This document shows, piece by piece, positions 38,800 through 47,746 of a stretch of 58,649 nt of DNA. Made by a program: the position numbers and the translations under genes. Under the pieces are notes generated by a model that saw nothing but the letters and a program-made list of their open reading frames with translations, was not told the DNA's origin and did no database searches. How positions within the stretch are numbered: the stretch's first letter is position 1; every line of letters starts with the position of its first letter. This DNA comes from Gemmatimonadota bacterium. Lineage in GTDB: Bacteria > Gemmatimonadota > Gemmatimonadetes > Gemmatimonadales > GWC2-71-9. The stretch covers positions 1 to 58,649 of the forward strand of contig JBKPOS010000056.1 of assembly GCA_046733215.1 (NCBI GenBank), read 5' to 3'.

Positions 38800-39327
38800 C
38801 TGGATATTCGAGTAGCCGCGTCTGCCGACCTCTCGGCGCAGACCCTCGACGACATCCTCGCGCTCTGCGAGCGGGCGTACGGCGAAGATCTGCGGCCGAG
38901 CTTTTTCACGTTGCCGGACCCGACTCACGTCATGGCCTGCGCCGATGGAGCTGTGCTGAGCCACGCCATGTGGGTCACCCGTTGGCTGGCACCGGGCGCC
39001 GGGCCTCCGCTTCGAGCGGCATACATCGAGGCCGTTGCCACCGATCCGGCGTACCAGGGTCGTGGTCTCGCCACGGCGGTCATGCGCGTTCTCGTGAGCC
39101 AACTGTCCAGCTTTCAGCTTGCGGCACTCTGCCCATCCGATCGAGGACAATCGCTCTATGCCCGTCTCGGATGGGAGCCGTGGAAGGGGCCGCTCCTCAT
39201 CCGGCAGGAGACTCACCTGATCGAGACGCCTGATGAGGCGGTGATGATACACCGGCTGCCGACATCACCGCCGCTCAACCTGGACCAACCGTTGTCGGCG
39301 GAGTGGCGGCCCGGAGAGCTATGGTAA
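38800..39327 (+). CDS. GNAT acetyltransferase similar to aminoglycoside 2'-N-acetyltransferase AAC(2')-I
   Basis: ADLS..T..DI..L..RAY.ED, SHA, AYIEAVAT...QGRG, LYARLGWEPWKGP, C-terminal EWRPGELW; start inferred at CTG 38800. Confidence 0.75.
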   Translation: MDIRVAASADLSAQTLDDILALCERAYGEDLRPSFFTLPDPTHVMACADGAVLSHAMWVTRWLAPGAGPPLRAAYIEAVATDPAYQGRGLATAVMRVLVSQLSSFQLAALCPSDRGQSLYARLGWEPWKGPLLIRQETHLIETPDEAVMIHRLPTSPPLNLDQPLSAEWRPGELW

Positions 39328-39355
39328 GCTCGGAACAAACGAACTTAGGCCCATC

Positions 39356-40666
39356 ATGAATGCCGACGAGCTCAGAGAATTTGCGAAGCTCTATACCGCA
39401 GCCTGGTGCAGCCAGAACCCCGCGCGCGTTGCCGCGTTTTTCTCCGAAAGCGGATCGCTCAGGATCAATGAGGCCGCGCCGGCTGTCGGGCGGGAGGCGA
39501 TAACCGCGGCCGCACAGGGTTTCATGACCGCCTTTCCCGATATGGTCGTCAGCATGGACGCCGCGATCCTTGAACGCGGTGCCGCGGTCTATCGCTGGAC
39601 CCTCACCGGACGCAATACCGGCCCGGGAGGGACCGGCAACGCAGTTCGTATCAGCGGACATGAAGAGTGGCGCTTCGGCCCCGATGGCTTGATTGCGGAG
39701 TCAAAAGGTCACTTCGACGAAGCGGAGTACCAAAGGCAGTTGAAGGTCGGGGCGTCACGCCCACTGGCGGAAAAGGTTGCGCTGGTTGCCGGCGGCACCC
39801 GCGGTGCCGGCCGGGGCATCGCGGTCGAGTTGGGCGCCGCCGGCGCGACGGTCTATGTCACCGGACGCACCACGCGGACGCAGCAATCCGAGTACGGCCG
39901 CCCGGAAACCATAGAGGAAACGGCCGAGCTGGTCTCGGCTGCCGGCGGGCAAGGAATCGCCGTACAGGCGGACCATCTCGTGGCGGAAGAGGTGCGTACG
40001 CTGGTCGATCGTATCAGAGCCAAGCACCGTCGGCTCGACATTCTGGTCAACGACCTCTGGGGGGGAGAAGACCTCAAGGAATGGAACAAGGCGGTTTGGG
40101 AGCATGATCTCGCGAACGGCTTGCGCCTGCTTAGCCTCGGGGTCCATACCCACCTCATCACCGCGCATTTCGCGCTGCCTTTGCTGATCGAGCGACCCGG
40201 AGGCTTGCTGGTCGAGGTGACCGATGGAACGGCCGAATACAATGCGGATCACTACCGGATCAACCCGTTTTACGATCTCGCCAAGGTGGCGGTCACGCGG
40301 ATGGCGTGGGCACATGCGCAGGATCTCGCCCGGCATGGAGCAACGTCGGTATGCATTACTCCAGGATGGCTGCGTTCGGAGATGATGCTCGACGCTTTTG
40401 GGGTGACGGAGGCAACGTGGCGTGATGCGGCCGCAAGGGTTCCGCACTTCGTTATTTCAGAGACTCCTCGCTTCGTGGGACGTGCGGTTGCCGCGCTCGC
40501 GGCAGACCCCGATCGTTCACGGTGGAATGGGCACTCGCTGTCCAGCGGGCAGTTGGCAAAGATCTACGGCTTCACCGATGTCGACGGCTCCCAGCCCGAC
40601 GCGTGGAGATATGTTGTGGAAGTCCAAGAGGCGGGTAGGCCGGCCGACCCGACCGGGTACCGCTAG
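39356..40666 (+). CDS. SnoaL-like domain fused to an SDR oxidoreductase
   Basis: About 130 aa NTF2-like N-terminus, then VAGGTRGAGRGIA, YDLAK, PGWLRSEMML. Confidence 0.8.
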   Translation: MNADELREFAKLYTAAWCSQNPARVAAFFSESGSLRINEAAPAVGREAITAAAQGFMTAFPDMVVSMDAAILERGAAVYRWTLTGRNTGPGGTGNAVRISGHEEWRFGPDGLIAESKGHFDEAEYQRQLKVGASRPLAEKVALVAGGTRGAGRGIAVELGAAGATVYVTGRTTRTQQSEYGRPETIEETAELVSAAGGQGIAVQADHLVAEEVRTLVDRIRAKHRRLDILVNDLWGGEDLKEWNKAVWEHDLANGLRLLSLGVHTHLITAHFALPLLIERPGGLLVEVTDGTAEYNADHYRINPFYDLAKVAVTRMAWAHAQDLARHGATSVCITPGWLRSEMMLDAFGVTEATWRDAAARVPHFVISETPRFVGRAVAALAADPDRSRWNGHSLSSGQLAKIYGFTDVDGSQPDAWRYVVEVQEAGRPADPTGYR

Positions 40667-40678
40667 GCGGGTGCGGTC

Positions 40679-41017
40679 ATGAGCGTCAATCCCAGTTTCC
40701 GAAGCTTTGTCCTCGACCAGCTCGCGCGCGCGACACCCAGTGTGCGCGGTCGAGCCATGTTCGGTGGTGTAGGGATCTACAGTGGCGAGCTGTTCTTCGC
40801 GCTGATTGCCGATGATACGGTCTATCTCAAGGTGGACGACACCAATCGTCCGGACTTCGTCGCCCGAGGGATGGAACCATTTCGGCCGATGGGAATGGAA
40901 GGGGAAGTCATGCAGTACTACGGCGTTCCCGAGGATGTGCTCGAGGATCCGGAGTCGCTCAAGCCCTGGGTCGAAGGCGCGCTGGCGGCTGCCAGACGCA
41001 AGAAGGGGCGTCGCTAG
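40679..41017 (+). CDS. TfoX N-terminal domain protein
   Basis: RAMFGGVGIY...FALIADDTVYLK...M.YY.VPEDVLED. Confidence 0.85.
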   Translation: MSVNPSFRSFVLDQLARATPSVRGRAMFGGVGIYSGELFFALIADDTVYLKVDDTNRPDFVARGMEPFRPMGMEGEVMQYYGVPEDVLEDPESLKPWVEGALAAARRKKGRR

Positions 41018-41074
41018 CCGAGCGATCCGATCACCGGACCGAGCTGTCGCCCCACCAGTATCGAGGGCGTTTGC

Positions 41075-41596
41075 ATGGAAATCCGATCGGTGACGCAATT
41101 CCTGGAATATTGGGACAACGTGCGCGGACGCACGCGCCGCGTAGTTACCCGCATTCCTCCCGAGCAGCTCGAGTGGGCCCAGCGAGCCGGCTCCTTCACG
41201 CTGGGCGACCTGGTCCGCCATCTCGCGACAATCGAGCGGTACATGTACGCCGAAACCGTGGCTGGGCGTCCGAGCCGGTACCCCGGATGTGGGACTGATC
41301 TGGCCGACGGGTACGACGCCGTGCTCGCCTACTTCGACCGCCTCGATACCGAAGCCAGGAACATCATCGGCGGCCTGAGTGATGCCGACCTGCAGCGGAA
41401 ATGCACGACTCCGGCAGGCAGCCTGATCACGACCTGGAAGTGGCTCCGGGCAATGGTGGAACACGAGGTCCATCACCGCGGTCAGATCTACCTGATGCTG
41501 GGCATGCTCGGCGTCGCTACTACCCCGCTGTTCGGGCTGACATCGGAAGAAGTACGATCGCGATCTCCTACTGCCGCCGATCCACCCGCGCCATGA
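41075..41596 (+). CDS. DinB family protein
   Basis: GDLVRHLATIER...MVEHEVHHRGQI. Confidence 0.88.
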   Translation: MEIRSVTQFLEYWDNVRGRTRRVVTRIPPEQLEWAQRAGSFTLGDLVRHLATIERYMYAETVAGRPSRYPGCGTDLADGYDAVLAYFDRLDTEARNIIGGLSDADLQRKCTTPAGSLITTWKWLRAMVEHEVHHRGQIYLMLGMLGVATTPLFGLTSEEVRSRSPTAADPPAP

Positions 41597-42032
41597 AACA
41601 GCCGACTTCGGCATTCCGTATGTGCACGTATTCCGCGGCTGTCTGGTTCAAGAGTCGTTCGAGAACCGTTTCCGGTATCTGATCACCAACCCGCTCGCGC
41701 ACGAGCAGCTCACCAGCGTCTCCATAGGCCTCGAACAGGAGTGGCAAGGAGCGAAAGTCCGGAGGCAACGCAGAGTCGTCGTACCGCTCGCACGACCCTG
41801 CGTGAATGAAGACCGGTCCGGGAGCCGGCACGCTGCCCGGATCGCTGAAGGGTTGATACGTGAACAGGATGCGCTCGTCGACTCCGGTCGTGAACGTGTG
41901 GAGACAGAGGCGGCAAGGGCCGGATCCCGTCGCAGTTTCCCGGTGGGCAGGGTGGCCGTATTGAGGTGATCGAAGCGTTCGACGCACTTCGCTGGCCACA
42001 TCGTGGGGAATGCCCGCAACGCGAAACGCCAT
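41568..42032 (-). CDS. DUF1203 family protein
   Basis: PCRLCL, GPVFIH..C, YVHIRNA..GCF. Confidence 0.8.
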   Translation of the reverse strand: MAFRVAGIPHDVASEVRRTLRSPQYGHPAHRETATGSGPCRLCLHTFTTGVDERILFTYQPFSDPGSVPAPGPVFIHAGSCERYDDSALPPDFRSLPLLFEAYGDAGELLVRERVGDQIPETVLERLLNQTAAEYVHIRNAEVGCFMARVDRRQ

Positions 42033-42131
42033 GTGGAGCCCCCGCTGTTCGAGACGGGAACACGTTAGGCTCGGACGCGGGGTCATGCCACCCATTTCTT
42101 GCGCTCGATTTCCAGGACCGCGGCTCAGCGC

Positions 42132-42518
42132 CTACGACAGCTCTTCGGAAGTAGGCGGTCGGAAAACGAGGTCGAACGCGAGGAAGAGTGTCTTCGAGAA
42201 AGGGAAGAACAAGAAGGGGGCCAGGATCATCAATGCGGCACCGCCGTATTGCAACAGATCCCACGGTGGCGCCGGCCAGGTCAGCCACAGCACGCCAACC
42301 AGCGCCGCGCCAAATAACAGCTCGGCTGCAATAATATTGAACATGTACGACCCTACCTGATATCCCTGCTCGTTGCGCTCGAGCAGAAGGTTGCAGGTGG
42401 GACAGCGGGGCTTCAGGTTGAACCACGAACGAAAGATGTGGCCACCACCACAATTGGGACACCGAAGACAGATTGCTCTGCCAAACAGTCGGGCGAGTCG
42501 TCGAGGACTGAGATCCAT
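42132..42518 (-). CDS. DUF983 family membrane protein (zinc ribbon plus 2 TM)
   Basis: RCPNCGGG.IF...CPTC, followed by two TM helices. Confidence 0.8.
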   Translation of the reverse strand: MDLSPRRLARLFGRAICLRCPNCGGGHIFRSWFNLKPRCPTCNLLLERNEQGYQVGSYMFNIIAAELLFGAALVGVLWLTWPAPPWDLLQYGGAALMILAPFLFFPFSKTLFLAFDLVFRPPTSEELS

Positions 42519-42572
42519 TCTTGAAATGAACTGCTCCACGCTTCCTTGCGAAAGGCACCCTGGGAGAGACCT

Positions 42573-42962
42573 ATGGCCCACGTCACCGGCATCGGCGGGA
42601 TCTTCTTTAAGGCGCGGGATGCCGATGCGCTCCGCGCGTGGTATCGGGCGAATTTCGGCCTCGAGATTCAGGAATGGGGCGGCGCAGTCTTTCGCGCTCC
42701 GGCGGAAGGCGAGCGCCAGGCTATCACTGTCTGGACGATCTTCCCCGAGAGTTCCACGTATTTCAACCCCAGCCCAGCGCCGTTCATGATCAACTACCGG
42801 GTAACCAACCTGGCTGAGATGCTGGCCGAGCTCAGGGCAAAAGGGTGTACGGTGGAGGAGCGGGTAGAAGAGTCGGAGTTCGGCAAATTCGGCTGGGTCC
42901 ATGACCCTGAAGGCAACCGCGTCGAGCTGTGGGAGCCTCCGAGCGGACAGTTTCCCGCATGA
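42573..42962 (+). CDS. VOC/glyoxalase family protein
   Basis: VTGIGGIFFKA, MINYRV, GKFGWVHDPEGNRVELWEP. Confidence 0.9.
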   Translation: MAHVTGIGGIFFKARDADALRAWYRANFGLEIQEWGGAVFRAPAEGERQAITVWTIFPESSTYFNPSPAPFMINYRVTNLAEMLAELRAKGCTVEERVEESEFGKFGWVHDPEGNRVELWEPPSGQFPA

Positions 42963-43474
42963 CAGCGTCGGCCCTGCGCATCGCTCTTCTCACGAGCGTA
43001 GTCCTGGTAGCCGCCGGTTGTCTGGAGAACCGCTCGTCAGAGCAATCGAGCGGTCGGCGCGCCGAAGCAGAACGGGATAGCGCCTTTGCCGGCATCCAGA
43101 CGCGTGGCGAGCACGCGATGGGGGTGGATCAGTATATGTCCACTCACGTGTTCGAACCGCTGCCGGATGGGGGCCGGATCACTCTGCAGCGGGACATGGA
43201 CGACAGCGCCGGCACGGAACAAATTCGGCGCCACATGCAGCGGATCGCGATGGCTTTTCGAAGCGGCGACTTCTCATTGCCGGGTTTCGTTCACGCCCGG
43301 GAGGTGCCCGGCACTGCAGTCCTGTCGGCAAGACGGGAGGCTGTCACGTACACAGTGGAGGCACTGCCGCGTGGAGCCGCGTTGATGCTGCGGAGCACGG
43401 ACTCCGCTGCGATATTGGCGATCCACGAGTTCCTCGCGTTTCAGCGCACGGATCACCATGCCGCCGCCCACTGA
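42959..43474 (+). CDS. Hypothetical lipoprotein
   Basis: Lipobox AAGC; MGVDQ..STHVF..LPDGGRI; AIHEFLAFQRTDHH. Confidence 0.75.
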   Translation: MTASALRIALLTSVVLVAAGCLENRSSEQSSGRRAEAERDSAFAGIQTRGEHAMGVDQYMSTHVFEPLPDGGRITLQRDMDDSAGTEQIRRHMQRIAMAFRSGDFSLPGFVHAREVPGTAVLSARREAVTYTVEALPRGAALMLRSTDSAAILAIHEFLAFQRTDHHAAAH

Positions 43475-43503
43475 CTCGTGTCGAGCCGCATCCTGGGTGT
43501 TTT

Positions 43504-43576
43504 GGCCGCACCTTACTCCCGCCGCTCGCAGGGACGGGGATTCGTTCGCTGGCTCGGGCGGGAGTGAGGTGCGGCC
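43504..43576. repeat. 20-bp inverted repeat with a 33-nt spacer
   Basis: GGCCGCACCTTACTCCCGCC / GGCGGGAGTGAGGTGCGGCC (19/20; the mismatch is a G-U pair). Confidence 0.85.
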
Positions 43577-43588
43577 CTGACGCTCGAG

Positions 43589-43756
43589 ATGCGAGCCTCC
43601 TGTGAAAAGTGCGGCACCAGCCTCACCCTGGATGGTGCGGCATTCATCTGCAGCTACGAGTGCACCTTTTGCCCATCGTGTGCCGAACGAATGGCACAGA
43701 CGTGCCCCAATTGCGGAGGCGAGCTTGCCGCTCGACCGCGCCGAACGGCTCGCTAA
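43589..43756 (+). CDS. DUF1272 small Cys-rich protein
   Basis: Below the ORF-track cutoff: MRASCEKC...ICSYECTFCPSCA...CPNCGGEL..RPRR. Confidence 0.85.
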   Translation: MRASCEKCGTSLTLDGAAFICSYECTFCPSCAERMAQTCPNCGGELAARPRRTAR

Positions 43757-43780
43757 TGTTGTACGCAAACGAGGTCGAAC

Positions 43781-44185
43781 GTGTCTCCATCGTCGTCCAA
43801 GACCAGCGCCGCCGAAGCTCGTGAGCAGGTGCGCGGATACATCGCCGCGCTGGCGCCACAAGCCCGGAAAGCGGTCCGGAAACTTCGGGCAACCATCCGC
43901 GCCGCAGCGCCAGGCTGCGTCGATGCCTTCAGCTACGGTATTCCGGCCTTTCGACTGGACGGGCAACTACTCATCTGGTATGCGGGGTGGAAGCAGCACA
44001 GCAGTCTGTATCCGATCGGCCCGGCGTTGATTCGCAATCATCGCATCGATCTAAAGGGACACGAGATCTCCAAGGGAACGGTCCGTTTTGCCCATGCGAA
44101 ACCCCTCCCGTTGATGCTGGTGCGCATGCTCGTGAAGGCCCGAATTGCCGAGCTGCGACGCGGGCATGCGCGGGGAAAGCGATGA
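43781..44185 (+). CDS. DUF1801/YdhG-like protein
   Basis: YIAAL...LRATIRAAAP...SYGIPAF...HSSLYP...KGTVRF. Confidence 0.85.
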   Translation: MSPSSSKTSAAEAREQVRGYIAALAPQARKAVRKLRATIRAAAPGCVDAFSYGIPAFRLDGQLLIWYAGWKQHSSLYPIGPALIRNHRIDLKGHEISKGTVRFAHAKPLPLMLVRMLVKARIAELRRGHARGKR

Positions 44186-44496
44186 TCATGCGCGCCTGGC
44201 GCGGCTTCGCCGACGCGGCACATAGCCAGGACTATCCCCGCTATCTGTTCGAAACGGTTCGGCCGAAGCTGACCGAGGTCCCCGGTTTTCGCGGGCTCTA
44301 CCTGCTGCGTCGTACTGCGGGAGCCGAGGTGGAGTATCAGGTGCTGACCTTGTGGGATTCGGTCGCGGCAATCCACAACTTTGCGAGCCCCGACCTCGAG
44401 CGCGCCGTTGTAGAACCCGAAGCTCAGGCGGCCCTGCTTCGCTACGACGCGACGGTCCGGCATTTCGAAGTTCTGGCGGCCCCCGACGCGCTTTAA
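44182..44496 (+). CDS. ABM-like (dimeric alpha-beta barrel) protein
   Basis: MIMRAWRG...PGFRG.YLLRR...LTLWDS..AI..FA...AVV. Confidence 0.8.
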   Translation: MIMRAWRGFADAAHSQDYPRYLFETVRPKLTEVPGFRGLYLLRRTAGAEVEYQVLTLWDSVAAIHNFASPDLERAVVEPEAQAALLRYDATVRHFEVLAAPDAL

Positions 44497-44530
44497 CAAG
44501 CACGGGGAGACCGGTGCCGGCGGGACTGAG

Positions 44531-45046
44531 ATGACTTTGGTGTCAAACGAATCCATCGGCGTCCGCGATGCTCTTGGCCGGCTGGCACGGGCAGGAGTTC
44601 TGACCGGTGTTACCGACGGCCTGTTTTCGAGCGTTTTGAGCGTCGCATTTTATCATTCGACGGTGGAGCGCCTTTTTCAGGGCGTCGCCAGCACTCTGAT
44701 CGGCAGGCAGGCGCTCGACGGCGGCACACCAATGGCCTTGCTCGGCGTGGCCATGCACTTCGGTGTTGCGTTCGGCTGGTCCGCCGTCTTTCTCTTCCTG
44801 GTCATGCGATTGCGCTGGGTGCAGCGGGTCCTGGCCTCTCGACACGGCATCGTTACGATTGCATTGCTTTACGGACCTCTGATCTGGATGATCATGTCCC
44901 TGGTCGTCATCCCCCTGCTCGTGCATCGGCCGCCCAATGTAGGAGGGCGCTGGTGGATCCAGTTCTTCGGCCACATTCCGTTCGTCGGCCTTCCCATTGT
45001 CGCTTCTGCGGCGGGAGTACGCCGACCGCTCGATCGACATGCTTGA
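44531..45046 (+). CDS. Hypothetical 4-TM membrane protein
   Basis: FQGVAS..IG, GVAMHF.VA, GHIPFVGLPI. Confidence 0.75.
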   Translation: MTLVSNESIGVRDALGRLARAGVLTGVTDGLFSSVLSVAFYHSTVERLFQGVASTLIGRQALDGGTPMALLGVAMHFGVAFGWSAVFLFLVMRLRWVQRVLASRHGIVTIALLYGPLIWMIMSLVVIPLLVHRPPNVGGRWWIQFFGHIPFVGLPIVASAAGVRRPLDRHA

Positions 45047-45082
45047 CGGCGCTGCCAGGCTATGCCTTACGAAGGGAGGCAC

Positions 45083-45583
45083 ATGACGTACTCAGGCTTC
45101 CATCTTGCCCAGGTGAATATCGGTCGCGCCCGCGGCGCGATGGATGAACCGGTCATGGCCGGATTCGCCGCTCAGCTCGATACGATCAACGCGCTGGCCG
45201 ACCGGGATCCCGGATTCGTCTGGCGCCTGCAAACCGAAGACGGAGATGCGACCGCCATTCGGCCGTACGATGACGAACGCATCATGATCAATCTGTCGGT
45301 ATGGGCGGACCTGGCATCCCTTCGCTCATTTGTATTCAGCAGCCACCACACCGGCGTCATGCGACAGCGCCGCGAGTGGTTCGAGCCCTTTCCAAATGCG
45401 TACGTTGCCCTGTGGTGGATCTCGGCCGGACACCGCCCCACGGTCGCTGAGGCGGTGGCGCGCCTGGAGCACCTTCAGGCTCACGGGCCGACTCCGCACG
45501 CGTTCAGCTTTCGCGAGCCATTCGATCCGGAAGGTCGCCCCCTGGAGCGAGATTCGCAGTGGAACGAATGTCCGACCGCGTGA
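45083..45583 (+). CDS. DUF3291 family protein
   Basis: HLAQVNIG, INALAD..PGFVWRLQ, NLSVW, RREWF, GPTPHAF. Confidence 0.88.
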   Translation: MTYSGFHLAQVNIGRARGAMDEPVMAGFAAQLDTINALADRDPGFVWRLQTEDGDATAIRPYDDERIMINLSVWADLASLRSFVFSSHHTGVMRQRREWFEPFPNAYVALWWISAGHRPTVAEAVARLEHLQAHGPTPHAFSFREPFDPEGRPLERDSQWNECPTA

Positions 45584-45590
45584 CGGCACC

Positions 45591-45752
45591 GTGACCCGGC
45601 TCCTGGGGCTCGTAGGTGCCACTATCGGAAGCGCTGTCGGCTGGTGGCTCGGCGCGCATGTCGGTGTGATGACGGCAGTCATGGTCAGCGCTGTCGGCAC
45701 CGGGGTTGGCTTGTGGGCCGGCGTTCGTCTGGCGACGGACTTTCTTGGCTGA
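45591..45752 (+). CDS. Small Gly-rich 2-TM protein (53 aa)
   Basis: VTRLLGLVGATIGSAVGWWLG...SAVGTGVGLWAG. Confidence 0.65.
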   Translation: MTRLLGLVGATIGSAVGWWLGAHVGVMTAVMVSAVGTGVGLWAGVRLATDFLG

Positions 45753-46011
45753 GTCCATTACGCGGACGCGGTCCGGCTCGGGCCACGTTCTGCTAGCCGG
45801 TCTCGTGCTGCTAGGCGTCCTAGGAATCGCAGCGTGGTGGCTGATCCATCCCGTCTGTGTGCCCCTCTCGGACGCGGATGTGCGCGAGTTTGCCCGCTGG
45901 GCTCCCATCGACACTCGCACTGACCGGCAATTGCATGGACCAGTGTTCCAGCGCCGGGGTGGTCGTTGGTATCAGTGCAAGTCGTGGATCTCACGCCAGT
46001 TGTTCTTCTGA
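45745..46011 (+). CDS. Small membrane-anchored hypothetical protein
   Basis: One TM helix, then HPVCVP...WYQCKSW; start uncertain. Confidence 0.5.
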   Translation: MAESITRTRSGSGHVLLAGLVLLGVLGIAAWWLIHPVCVPLSDADVREFARWAPIDTRTDRQLHGPVFQRRGGRWYQCKSWISRQLFF

Positions 46012-46032
46012 GATAATCCCTACGGTTGACCC

Positions 46033-46455
46033 GTGATAGCCCGGGCGCTCGTTATCTGGATCGGAATTCTGCTGCTCGCGAGCCTGAACGGCGCGATGCG
46101 GGATCTCCTCCTCGCGCCACGCCTGGGTGACCCGGTTGCCCGGGCAATCAGCACTCTCGCCCTGAGCGCGATCGTTGTCCTCGTCACTTGGCTCAGCATT
46201 CGCTGGATCGGCCCTGCCTCGGCTCGGGCCGCCTTCGTCATAGGAGCGTTCTGGACTCTGCTAACGCTCGCATTCGAGTTTCTCGGTGGCCGCTATGTTT
46301 TCGGCAAGCCATGGGCCACACTCCTCGCAGATTACGACCTGACTCGCGGACGCATCTGGGTGCTCGTGCTGGTGGTAACCCTGCTCGCTCCGCTTCTGGT
46401 GGCACGAGCACGTGGCGTGCTGTCTGCCGGCCCCGATTCAGGCCGCGTGTGGTGA
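46033..46455 (+). CDS. Hypothetical 4-TM membrane protein
   Basis: LNGAMR, W..LTLAFEF..G.Y, LLADYD...GRIW. Confidence 0.75.
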   Translation: MIARALVIWIGILLLASLNGAMRDLLLAPRLGDPVARAISTLALSAIVVLVTWLSIRWIGPASARAAFVIGAFWTLLTLAFEFLGGRYVFGKPWATLLADYDLTRGRIWVLVLVVTLLAPLLVARARGVLSAGPDSGRVW

Positions 46456-46683
46456 CGAGTGCCCGCCGCTAAGCCTGCGCCGCACCTCGGTACTCAGGTC
46501 ATCGCTACACCAGGGGCAGCACGGCTCGCTGGCAGCCTCCTGCCATACCGGCCCTCCTTCGAGCCGGCCGACCCACCAGCTATCCGCCCAGCGCGGGTCG
46601 CGCCGAACGTGAAGAGGGCCGACGCCACAGTTCGGATTGGTGCACCCTCGGATTTGCCAGTCGCCGCGAAAGTGTACTTGCAT
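46438..46683 (-). CDS. Small Cys/Trp-rich protein (possible zinc binder)
   Basis: GGAGG RBS; CTNPNC and CCPWC. Confidence 0.55.
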   Translation of the reverse strand: MQVHFRGDWQIRGCTNPNCGVGPLHVRRDPRWADSWWVGRLEGGPVWQEAASEPCCPWCSDDLSTEVRRRLSGGHSSPHAA

Positions 46684-46957
46684 CGTGACCTCCAGGTTCG
46701 GACTCCAGCTCTCACCTGGGGTACGACGTTACGAATGCGACACCGCAGACGCAGTCACTGGCTAAGGAGGGCGAACGTCAGGCTTACCCGCCGGACCTTG
46801 TCAGCCGACGTCCGACTGGCCGGCGGCGCGACCTGACCCTTGCGGATCGGCGGCTTCCCGGAACCGGGGTATCCCTCGGTCCAACCCGGCAAACGTGGTG
46901 CTCAGTGCATCCGTACTCATACTTTCTTCGGCGTGCTCCCCCGTGTTGGAGGCTGCC

Positions 46958-47362
46958 GTGTCAAACGTGCTCGCAGCGGTGCTCGGACTGGCGATCGGGC
47001 TGATAGTCAGCTGGCTCTATGTGCTCTTCTGGAAAGCACGCTACACGGCGCAGATTCGCGGCGACGCGGTGCAACGCAGCCAGGCGGTTACTTCAGGCAA
47101 GGTCCACGAACAGTTGATCCCCTACCTGCCGGCGTTTCAGTACAATCCCAAAGATGTCCGCTTTCTCGGAAGCCCGATCGACCTTGTGGTGTTCGACGGA
47201 CTGGCAGAAGGCCGTCTTCGCCGCATTGTTTTTCTCGAGGTCAAAACCGGAAGCGCCGGGTTGACGAGCCGGGAACGCTGCGTTCGCGACGTAGTTCAGG
47301 CCCGGGAAGTTGCCTGGGCCGAGCTTCGGGTTCCCCGGCCGCCGATCGACGACGTGGTGTGA
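46958..47362 (+). CDS. Membrane-anchored PD-(D/E)xK nuclease (Endonuc_Holl-like)
   Basis: GGAGG RBS; N-terminal TM; G.V.EQL.P...D.RFLGSPIDLVVFDG...FLEVKTG. Confidence 0.8.
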   Translation: MSNVLAAVLGLAIGLIVSWLYVLFWKARYTAQIRGDAVQRSQAVTSGKVHEQLIPYLPAFQYNPKDVRFLGSPIDLVVFDGLAEGRLRRIVFLEVKTGSAGLTSRERCVRDVVQAREVAWAELRVPRPPIDDVV

Positions 47363-47398
47363 AGTAGCTCGCAGTGGAACTGTAAACGGAGCAGCAAT

Positions 47399-47725
47399 AT
47401 GGAATCCGCACAAACGCTGACCTTCATCGTTCTCGGCGCGGTGCTCGGCGCCGCGGGACAAGGCGCCCGAGCTGTCGTGGGCATCAAGAAGGAAATCGTG
47501 GCCGCTCGCAGCGAAGGCAGAAAAGTCGGAGAATGGTTCGATGGCCGGGAGCTCGTGATCAGCTTCGTCCTGGGCGCGGTTGCCGGCGTGCTCGCGGCGA
47601 TTTGGCAGTATGCGCCCGACGTTCAGATCACTCGGAGCCTTTTGCTTGGATTCGCCGGCGCCGGATATGCCGGCGCGGATTTCATCAGCGGTCTAATGGA
47701 CAAATGGATACCGGTGAGCAAGTAG
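47399..47725 (+). CDS. Small 3-TM hypothetical protein
   Basis: LGAAGQGARAVVGIKK; GYAGADFI. Confidence 0.7.
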   Translation: MESAQTLTFIVLGAVLGAAGQGARAVVGIKKEIVAARSEGRKVGEWFDGRELVISFVLGAVAGVLAAIWQYAPDVQITRSLLLGFAGAGYAGADFISGLMDKWIPVSK

Positions 47726-47746
47726 TTTGACTGAAGGAGATGCGTC

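Noticed and set aside
42064-42070. GTTAGGC as an integron attC core site (also ACTTAGGC near 39343)
   Set aside because: No matching inverse core with a paired stem, not repeated between other genes, and no integrase
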